From positions 6,053 to 70,052 of the forward strand of contig JANNLG010000171.1 in assembly GCA_031396695.1 (NCBI GenBank): a stretch of 64,000 bases of DNA, given 5' to 3'. Under the pieces are notes generated by a model. That model did not search any database. It was not told the DNA's origin and was given only the letters and a program-made list of their open reading frames with translations. The position numbers were made by a program, and so were the translations under genes. Position 1 is the first letter of the stretch. Each line of letters starts with the position of its first letter. The stretch is from Deltaproteobacteria bacterium. Its GTDB lineage: Bacteria > Myxococcota_A > UBA9160 > SZUA-336. Below are positions 9,787-15,776 of the stretch, in pieces.

Positions 9787-10616
9787 ATGTCGTAGGTCGG
9801 GTCGATCGAGCCCGACTCCGAATCCTTGTGCTTGACCTGGAGCTGCGGCGGCGTGATCTGCACGCGCGAGAAGGCCGGCACCGATTCGTGTAGCCAGACG
9901 TTGCCGCCGATCACCGAGCCCTCGCCGATCACGGTGTCGCCACCGAGGATGGTCGCGTTCGGGTAGATCGTGACGTCGTCCTCGATCGTCGGGTGGCGCT
10001 TCTTGCCGGAATCCAGCCTGCCCTGCTTGTTCGAGAACGCTCCGAGCGTGACGCCGTGGTACATCTTGACGCGGTTGCCGATCACCGCGGTCTCGCCGAT
10101 CACCACGCCCGTGCCGTGATCGATGAAGAAGTGGCAGCCGATCGACGCGCCGGGATGGATGTCCATGCCGGTCTTGCTCTTGGCGTGCTCGCTCATGATG
10201 CGCGCCGCGACCGGCGCGCCGAGTTCGTAGAGTACGTGCGCGATGCGGTAGGTCGAGACGGCGTACGCCGACGGATACGCGGCGATCACCTCCGCGTACG
10301 ACTTCGCCGCGGGATCTCCCTTGAAGGCGGCCTCGACGTCCATGCCCACGCAGTGCCGGATGTCCGGCAGATGCTCCAGGAACTTCGATGCGAGATCGGA
10401 GCCGATCAGCCCCGAGAGCAGGCCGTGCACGACTTCTAGATCGGAGTTGAGCCGCTCGTGCGGGGTCTGCTCCAGCACGATCGCGCGCAGATTCTCGAGC
10501 ACGTCGACCACCCGCCGGGTATCGGGGCAGGCCTGACGACGCGCAACGCTCACGGGATCGTTCTGATCGCGCTTGGCGATCAGATGATTCGCGATGGATT
10601 CGGTCAAGGTGGACAT
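9783..10616 (-). CDS. cysE: serine O-acetyltransferase
   Basis: ATG 10616 with GGGAG upstream. Has the SATase N-terminal region followed by hexapeptide repeats (DIHPGASIGCHFFIDHGTGVVIGETAVIG, VTLG, HPTIEDDVTIYPNATILGG). Confidence 0.9.
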   Translation of the reverse strand: MSTLTESIANHLIAKRDQNDPVSVARRQACPDTRRVVDVLENLRAIVLEQTPHERLNSDLEVVHGLLSGLIGSDLASKFLEHLPDIRHCVGMDVEAAFKGDPAAKSYAEVIAAYPSAYAVSTYRIAHVLYELGAPVAARIMSEHAKSKTGMDIHPGASIGCHFFIDHGTGVVIGETAVIGNRVKMYHGVTLGAFSNKQGRLDSGKKRHPTIEDDVTIYPNATILGGDTVIGEGSVIGGNVWLHESVPAFSRVQITPPQLQVKHKDSESGSIDPTYDI

Positions 10617-10728
10617 GTCTCGGACTCCCTTCACCTCTGACCTCCCGCCCCGGCGGAAGGTTACGCGTGGGCCCGGCATTTTCAAAGCGGGCCCGAAGCC
10701 CCATACTGGCCCGGCCTCTGGGGGGAGC

Positions 10729-11592
10729 GTGACCGAGTACAGCCACTCGCGCCTGTCGTCGTTCGAGAACTGCCCCCGCCAGTTCAAGTACCGCTACGTC
10801 GACCAGATCAAAGTCGACACCGAGGGCGTCGAGGCGTTCATGGGCAAGCGTGTCCACGAAATCCTCGAACGCCTCTACCACCACGTGGCGCGCAACGCGA
10901 AGCCGCCCAGCCTGGCGCAGGTGCTGGAGCGCTACAAGCAGGACTGGGAGCGGAGCTGGCACGCCAAGATCCAGATCGTGCGCAAGGAGAACTCGCCCGC
11001 GTATTACTCGGAGCGCGGCGCGCGCTGTCTGGAGAACTACTACCGCGGCCACTACCCGTTCACGAGCGGCGAAACGATCGCGCTCGAAGAGCGGCTGCGA
11101 CTCCGGCTCGACACCGATGGGCGTTACAAGATGCTCGGCATCGTCGACCGCATCGTGCGCACCGGCGACGGCGCGTTCGAGATCCACGACTTCAAGACCA
11201 GCGCGAACCTGCCGCAGCAGCGCAGCATCGACCGCGACCGCCAGCTCGCGCTGTACCAGATCGGGCTCGAGCAGACCTATCCCGACGTGAAGGAGGTCGA
11301 GCTGGTCTGGCACTACTTGATCCACAACAAGACGCTGCGCTCGCGGCGTTCGCCCGAGGCGCTGGTGGAACTGCGCCGGGCGACCATGGCGGTGATCGAC
11401 GCGATCGAGGCGGAGTCCGAGTTCCGCGCGCGGCCGGGGCCGCTGTGCCGCTGGTGCGACTACGCGAGCATCTGTCCCGAGGCGCCCGGGGCGGCGCGTT
11501 CGTCCGCTCCGGATCGGCCGGAGTTCGCCGCGCAGCTCGCGCCCGAGCCCGACGACGACTTCGGCCGCCAGCTCTCGCTGCTCGGGGATTGA
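10729..11592 (+). CDS. PD-(D/E)XK nuclease family protein with Cas4/AddB-type Fe-S Cys pattern
   Basis: GTG 10729 preceded by GGGGGAG. The N-terminus reads YSHSRLSSFENCPRQFKYRY. Nuclease core residues are present (GIVDRI...EIHDFKT). The C-terminal CRWCDYASIC is a CX2CX5C motif, and together with the N-terminal Cys it gives the four-Cys pattern. Confidence 0.8.
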   Translation: MTEYSHSRLSSFENCPRQFKYRYVDQIKVDTEGVEAFMGKRVHEILERLYHHVARNAKPPSLAQVLERYKQDWERSWHAKIQIVRKENSPAYYSERGARCLENYYRGHYPFTSGETIALEERLRLRLDTDGRYKMLGIVDRIVRTGDGAFEIHDFKTSANLPQQRSIDRDRQLALYQIGLEQTYPDVKEVELVWHYLIHNKTLRSRRSPEALVELRRATMAVIDAIEAESEFRARPGPLCRWCDYASICPEAPGAARSSAPDRPEFAAQLAPEPDDDFGRQLSLLGD

Positions 11593-11605
11593 CGCCCGGC
11601 GGCCG

Positions 11606-12043
11606 ATGAGAACCGCAATGACACGGCTCCTGTGTCGCTGCATGGGGATGTCGAGCCAGTGCGTCGCGGATCGGGTCCGCGAGCGCGGACTCGGCGACGT
11701 GGAGTCGATCGCCGCGAGCCTTGGCGCGGGTGGCTGCTGCGGAAGCTGTCGACCCGACCTCGAGGAGATCCTCGCCGACCTGCGCGGGGAGCCATTGCCC
11801 GAACCCGTGCGCCGCGCCAACCGCCTGCGCGGCGAGGCCGAGGCCTTCCGCCGCGTGGAAGCCGTGCTGTTCGGCAGCATCGTCGCGCGCCTGCCGCCGG
11901 GCACGGAGCTCGAGCTCGTTTCCGTATCCGGTTTGCGCGCGGAGCTGCACGTTGCGCACGGGGACTCACCGGAGCTGCGCACGCTGGTCGCCGAACGCCT
12001 GCAGAAGCTCGTCTGCGTCGAGCTCGAGGTGCAGTTCCGCTGA
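11606..12043 (+). CDS. (2Fe-2S)-binding BFD-like domain protein with C-terminal extension
   Basis: LLCRCMGMSSQCV...GAGGCCGSCRPDLEEIL is the BFD-like [2Fe-2S] four-Cys pattern. It is followed by a tail of about 80 aa. The start is ATG 11606 or ATG 11618. Confidence 0.7.
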   Translation: MRTAMTRLLCRCMGMSSQCVADRVRERGLGDVESIAASLGAGGCCGSCRPDLEEILADLRGEPLPEPVRRANRLRGEAEAFRRVEAVLFGSIVARLPPGTELELVSVSGLRAELHVAHGDSPELRTLVAERLQKLVCVELEVQFR

Positions 12044-12060
12044 TCGGGTAGACTGGCGCG

Positions 12061-12861
12061 ATGCGAGTCGAACGCATTCCGACGCTGCGCGACAACTACA
12101 CGTACCTGGTGATCGATCCGGCTTCGAACGAGGCGGCGGTGATCGACGCGCCGGAGGCCGCGCCGGTGATCGCGCGCGTCGCGAAGCTCGGGGTGCGCGT
12201 GACGAAGGTGATGTCGACGCACCACCACCTCGATCACAGCGGCGCGAATCCCGAGCTCGCCGCGCACTTCCGCGCGCCCGTGATCGGACACGCCTCCGAC
12301 GCCGCCCGCATTCCGGGCTTCACCACCGGCGTGGAGGAAGGCGAGCGCGTGCGCGTCGGCGCGCTCGAGGCCGACGTGCTGTTCATCCCGGCGCATACGC
12401 GCGGGCACGTCGCCTACGTGTTTCCCGGCGCCGTGTTCTGCGGTGACACGCTCTTCGCCGGCGGCTGCGGGCGGCTCTTCGAGGGCACCCCGCAGATGAT
12501 GCACGAGGCGCTGAACGTGAAGCTCGCGAAGCTCGCCGACGCGACGCTCGTCTACTGCGGGCACGAGTACACGGAGGCCAACCTGCGTTTCGCGCTCACG
12601 CTCGAGCCGGGCAACTCGGCGCTCGCCGCGCGCATCACGACGGTGAAGGCGCGCCGCGCGCACGCCGCGAGCGATTGGCACGACGCGACGGAGGCGGAGA
12701 TGACCGTGCCCTCGACGCTCGCCGACGAGCGCGCGACCAATCCGTTCATGCGTACGTCGGCGGCGGAGCTCGTCGCGAGCGTGCGCGCGCAGCTGCCCGG
12801 TACGTCGTCCGATCCCGTCAGCGTGCTCGGCGCGGTGCGCGCGCTGAAGGACAAGTTCTGA
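12061..12861 (+). CDS. gloB: hydroxyacylglutathione hydrolase (glyoxalase II)
   Basis: Full-length track ORF. The segments DNYTYLVID, the STHHHLDHSG metallo-beta-lactamase motif, GHEYT and NPFMR are typical of GloB. Confidence 0.9.
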   Translation: MRVERIPTLRDNYTYLVIDPASNEAAVIDAPEAAPVIARVAKLGVRVTKVMSTHHHLDHSGANPELAAHFRAPVIGHASDAARIPGFTTGVEEGERVRVGALEADVLFIPAHTRGHVAYVFPGAVFCGDTLFAGGCGRLFEGTPQMMHEALNVKLAKLADATLVYCGHEYTEANLRFALTLEPGNSALAARITTVKARRAHAASDWHDATEAEMTVPSTLADERATNPFMRTSAAELVASVRAQLPGTSSDPVSVLGAVRALKDKF

Positions 12862-13508
12862 GCGAGCGCTGCTCATTCCTCGGGCTGTTCGCGTTGCTCT
12901 TGCTCTTGCCGATCGGTGCGTCCGCGGATCTCGGCCATCGACCGGAAGATCGGGTCACGCTCACACACGTCGACAACCAGGTCATCGCCGTCACCGCGTC
13001 GGGCTTCGCGGCGGTGCTCTCGAAGCTCGAGCTCGGCGAGTCGGTGATCGCGCTGCGCAGTCAGGGCAACGTCGGCGTCGCGGTCACGACGCGGCGCCTG
13101 CTCGCGATCCAGACCCGCGCCGCCAATTTCGTCGAGCTGCGCTACCGCGTTTCCGAGTCCGCGCCGAGCGAGCACGACCTGCAGGTGCGCGACGGCCTGA
13201 TCGTCGCCGCGTTCCCGGCGCGGATCCTCGCCTTCTCGCCGCAGATCGCCGCCTGGCAGGAGTTCGGGCTCGGGCCAGGCGAGAAGCCGATCGAAGTGAT
13301 CGCCGAGCAGAACGTCGCGGTGGTCGTCACGCCGCGCCGCGCGGTCGCGTTCTCGCCGCTCTCCGCCGGCTTCGTGCCTTATCCGCTGACGCCCGGCGAG
13401 GATCCGGAACGCAGCACGCTCGGCGACGACTCGATCACGCTGATCCTTCCGCACCGGGTGCTGATCTTCCGCGCGGGCGACTCGGCCTGGTCGAGCGTCA
13501 ATCGCTGA
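12858..13508 (+). CDS. secreted hypothetical protein with about five internal repeats (start uncertain)
   Basis: Tail of track ORF 12675..13508. A signal-peptide-like N-terminus (L/M)SERCSFLGLFALLLLLPIGASA-DLG begins exactly at CTG 12858, which overlaps the gloB TGA. Alternative starts are TTG 12894, which would cut the signal peptide, or ATG 12675, which would overlap gloB by 187 nt. Confidence 0.6.
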   Translation: MSERCSFLGLFALLLLLPIGASADLGHRPEDRVTLTHVDNQVIAVTASGFAAVLSKLELGESVIALRSQGNVGVAVTTRRLLAIQTRAANFVELRYRVSESAPSEHDLQVRDGLIVAAFPARILAFSPQIAAWQEFGLGPGEKPIEVIAEQNVAVVVTPRRAVAFSPLSAGFVPYPLTPGEDPERSTLGDDSITLILPHRVLIFRAGDSAWSSVNR

Positions 13509-13530
13509 GATTTCCGAGCTGTCGAGGCGT

Positions 13531-13545
13531 TGACGATAACCGTCA
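13531..13545. promoter_or_regulatory. inverted repeat TGACG-N5-CGTCA (candidate enhancer-binding-protein site)
   Basis: Perfect 5+5 inverted repeat, TGACGATAACCGTCA. It lies about 120 bp upstream of the sigma-54-type promoter at 13654, within a non-coding gap. Confidence 0.3.
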
Positions 13546-13653
13546 CCGGACTGACGGATCTGGTCCACATCGGGCCCTGCAGCGAGGCCGCGACAGTGTC
13601 GCCAGGCTCGAATATCCGCGGACTTCGTCGCGTCTGGTGCGTATGGCATACGT

Positions 13654-13669
13654 TGGCACGCCTGATGCA
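13654..13669 (+). promoter_or_regulatory. sigma-54 (-24/-12) promoter candidate
   Basis: TGGCACGCCTGATGCA compared with the consensus TGGCACG-N4-TTGCW has correct GG/GC spacing and a single mismatch (ATGC for TTGC). It lies 37 nt upstream of ATG 13706. Confidence 0.5.
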
Positions 13670-13705
13670 AATCCTCAGGCTCGAAACAGAGGGGAGCATT
13701 TCGGC

Positions 13706-13930
13706 ATGGCACTGGTCGCGCACACGCTCAGGAATTTCGAGTCCGCGGAGCAGATCGCGGAGCCCGGCCACCCCGAGACGCTCACCCTGCTCGACCTTGT
13801 TTCTGCAATCGCGGACGAGGCCGAGACCGACGAAGAGGTCGTCGCCACGATCCAGCATCTGATCGAGACTGGAAAGGTCACCCTGGTCGGGAACTTCCGC
13901 TCGAACGACGTCGGCCGACGCAAGGACTGA
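13706..13930 (+). CDS. hypothetical small acidic protein (74 aa)
   Basis: ATG 13706 has GGGGAG 9 nt upstream. Product: MALVAHTLRNFESAEQIAEPGHPETLTLLDLVSAIADEAETDEEVVATIQHLIETGKVTLVGNFRSNDVGRRKD. Composition is non-shadow. No family recognised. Confidence 0.55.
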   Translation: MALVAHTLRNFESAEQIAEPGHPETLTLLDLVSAIADEAETDEEVVATIQHLIETGKVTLVGNFRSNDVGRRKD

Positions 13931-13943
13931 GCGCCGCTCAGAC

Positions 13944-15086
13944 CTACAGAGCCTTCGCCGCCTCTTCGAGCGCGACCACCACGTGATAGACGCTGGTCGC
14001 GTTCTGCGCGTCCGAGATCACGCGCCCGTCGCGCGCGAGCTGCTCGAACCAGCCGTGCGTCTTGGGATCGACGTGACGAGCGAAGCAGTAGCGCAAGCCG
14101 GCTTCCAGCTCGCGCCGCGCGATCGCGTCGCCCGTCGCCCGCGCGCGCGCGGCCAGCGCCTTGACGCGCTCGGTCTGCGGCCACAGTCGCTTGGTCACGG
14201 CGAGCGTCCGGCCCTCGGCGTCGATCTGGTCGAAGACTCCGCCGTCGGTGTCGACGCCCAAGCGGCGGCCGAACTCGAAGAGCCGATCGGACAGCGCGCG
14301 CGCCGCGTCGCTCGGCGCGAGCGACTGCAACCGATCGAGCAGCCAGACCCACTCGAAGTGATGCCCGGGCTCGACGATGCGCCCGGCATCGCCCGCGAGC
14401 GGCCGCCAGTGGGAGTCGAAGTGTTCGCCGAGCGCGCCCGTGCGCGCGTCGAGCCAGCGCGCGCCGAGCAGCTCCACGAGCGAGCGCGCGTCGCGCAGCG
14501 CGCCGCTGTCGGGCGCGACCTCGGCCAGCACCAGTAGCGCCTCGACCAAGTGCATGTGCGGGTTCTGTCGCCGCGGCCCCGCGAGCGGCTGCCAGTCCTC
14601 GCTCGCGGTCTCGAAGAAGCCACCCGAAACGGGATCGCGCAGCCGTTCGCGCAGGAGCTCGAGCGTCGCGCTCGCCAGCCGCAGGGACTCCGGCTCGCCG
14701 CTTGCCCGGTGGTGCTCGGCGAGCGCGAAGATCGCGAACGCATGCCCGTACAGATCCTTGCGTCGGTCGAGCGGCGCGCCCGCCTCGTCGGTGGTGGTGA
14801 ACCAACCGCCGAAGCGCGGGTCCCAGAAACGCGCGTGCAGGAACTCGAGTCCGTGCGCCACCGCGTTTCGCGCCCACGCGCCGGCGCCAAGTTCCGACGC
14901 GCGCGTGAACGCGAAGATCTGGCGCGCGTGGACCAGGAGTCGCTTGTGACCGTCGGGCAGCGGCGCCAGATCGGGTCCGAGCCGGTTCCAGTAGCCGCCG
15001 CGGTTGCGATCGAGACCGTGCCGTTCCCAGAGCGGCAGCAGCTCGTCGACCAGATGCGCGCGCAGCGTCAGGCGCGAGTGCTGCAT
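13944..15086 (-). CDS. AGE-family epimerase/isomerase (N-acylglucosamine 2-epimerase / mannose-6-P isomerase-like)
   Basis: ATG 15086 (MQHSRLTLRAHLVDELLPLWERHGLDRNRGGYW...). Shows the repeated (alpha/alpha)6-barrel pattern with KRLLVHARQIFAF, KDLYGHAFAIFALAE, NPHMHLVEALL, PGHHFEWVWLL and RLWPQTERVKA. Confidence 0.85.
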   Translation of the reverse strand: MQHSRLTLRAHLVDELLPLWERHGLDRNRGGYWNRLGPDLAPLPDGHKRLLVHARQIFAFTRASELGAGAWARNAVAHGLEFLHARFWDPRFGGWFTTTDEAGAPLDRRKDLYGHAFAIFALAEHHRASGEPESLRLASATLELLRERLRDPVSGGFFETASEDWQPLAGPRRQNPHMHLVEALLVLAEVAPDSGALRDARSLVELLGARWLDARTGALGEHFDSHWRPLAGDAGRIVEPGHHFEWVWLLDRLQSLAPSDAARALSDRLFEFGRRLGVDTDGGVFDQIDAEGRTLAVTKRLWPQTERVKALAARARATGDAIARRELEAGLRYCFARHVDPKTHGWFEQLARDGRVISDAQNATSVYHVVVALEEAAKAL

Positions 15087-15093
15087 CGCTCGC

Positions 15094-15435
15094 TCACGAC
15101 AGCGCGTCGGTGTAGGCCTCCGCGTTCCAACCGACCAGCAGCGTGTCGCCGACCACCAGCGCCGGCGCGCGCAGATTTCCGGTCGGCCCGAGGACGGCCT
15201 CGACGATCTCGTCGGGCGCTTTTCCGCCGGGCGTGAAGCTGCGCAGCGCTTTGCCTTTCGCCACGACAACGCGCCTCGCGGCCTTCACCAGCTTCGCGGC
15301 GTCGGCCTTGCCGAGCTTCTTGCTCGCAGAAACCGTCGCGACCGGCTCGATCTTCCTGGCGTCCAGAAACTTGGACGCTCGTTCGCAACTGGTTCAACCG
15401 TTGCGGTGGTAGTACCAGTCGATGCGCTTGGCCAT
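15094..15435 (-). CDS. ArsC/Spx/YffB-family protein with in-frame TGA at codon 14 (probable selenoprotein, U-x-x-C)
   Basis: ATG 15435 has GGAGG 9 nt upstream. The reading is MAKRIDWYYHRNG-[TGA 15396..15394]-TSCERASKFLDARKIEPV...AAKL, which runs in frame with no other stop into track ORF 15094..15288. The total is 113 codons, which is the family size. The TGA sits where the family has the first Cys of CxxC(R/K)KA..(F/W)L. A hairpin lies 15 nt downstream. Confidence 0.8.
15359..15378 (-). promoter_or_regulatory. SECIS-like stem-loop downstream of UGA
   Basis: The mRNA can form GCGUCCA-AGUUUC-UGGACGC, a perfect 7-bp stem with a 6-nt loop containing GU. It starts 15 nt after the UGA, so the loop falls about 22-28 nt downstream, within the range reported for bacterial SECIS elements. 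Confidence 0.6.
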
Positions 15436-15475
15436 GCGATCCACCCTCCGATTCGGAGATCGAGCTTAGCAAGCG

Positions 15476-15697
15476 TCAGGCGGGGACGGACTCCCCGCCC
15501 GCGAGACAGACGCTCGGGGCGCGCTGGCGGCGCTCGCCGTGGGTCTCGGCGAGCAGATCGTGCACCGTCTCGCGGCAGCCGCCGCAGCTCGAGCCCGCGC
15601 CGCACATCTCGGCGACCTGACAGGGCGTGCGAGCGCCCGCACGCGCGGCGTGCTGGATTTCGCGGTCGGTCACGGCGTGGCAGCTGCACACGATCAT
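15476..15697 (-). CDS. bfd: bacterioferritin-associated ferredoxin, (2Fe-2S)-binding
   Basis: ATG 15697. MIVCSCHAVTDREIQ...CQVAEMCGAGSSCGGCRETV is the canonical Bfd C-x-C...C-x2-C pattern. Product is 73 aa. Confidence 0.85.
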   Translation of the reverse strand: MIVCSCHAVTDREIQHAARAGARTPCQVAEMCGAGSSCGGCRETVHDLLAETHGERRQRAPSVCLAGGESVPA

Positions 15698-15718
15698 GAC
15701 CGACAGCCTACCTCGGAT

Positions 15719-15737
15719 GATAATGACAATCAATTAC
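15719..15737. promoter_or_regulatory. Fur-box-like operator
   Basis: GATAATGACAATCAATTAC matches 15 of 19 positions of the classical GATAATGATAATCATTATC. It lies in the AT-richest patch of the bfd/lemA divergent gap, 21 nt from the bfd start. Confidence 0.55.
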
Positions 15738-15776
15738 CAAGTTGCCGGCGGCGCATCTGGCGAATACCCTGGCGGC

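Noticed and set aside
12675-12857. ATG 12675 as the start of the secreted repeat protein, as given in the track.
   Set aside because: It would overlap gloB by 187 nt. It would also prepend an Arg/Gly/Ala-rich segment before an obvious signal peptide. A start at or near the gloB stop is more plausible.
8359-12876. 1505-aa ORF on the minus strand.
   Set aside because: It runs antisense or out of frame through six well-supported genes of mixed orientation: the hypothetical gene, xthA, cysE, the nuclease gene, the BFD-like gene and gloB. Its composition is low-complexity and Arg/Pro/Ala-rich. It is a shadow ORF.
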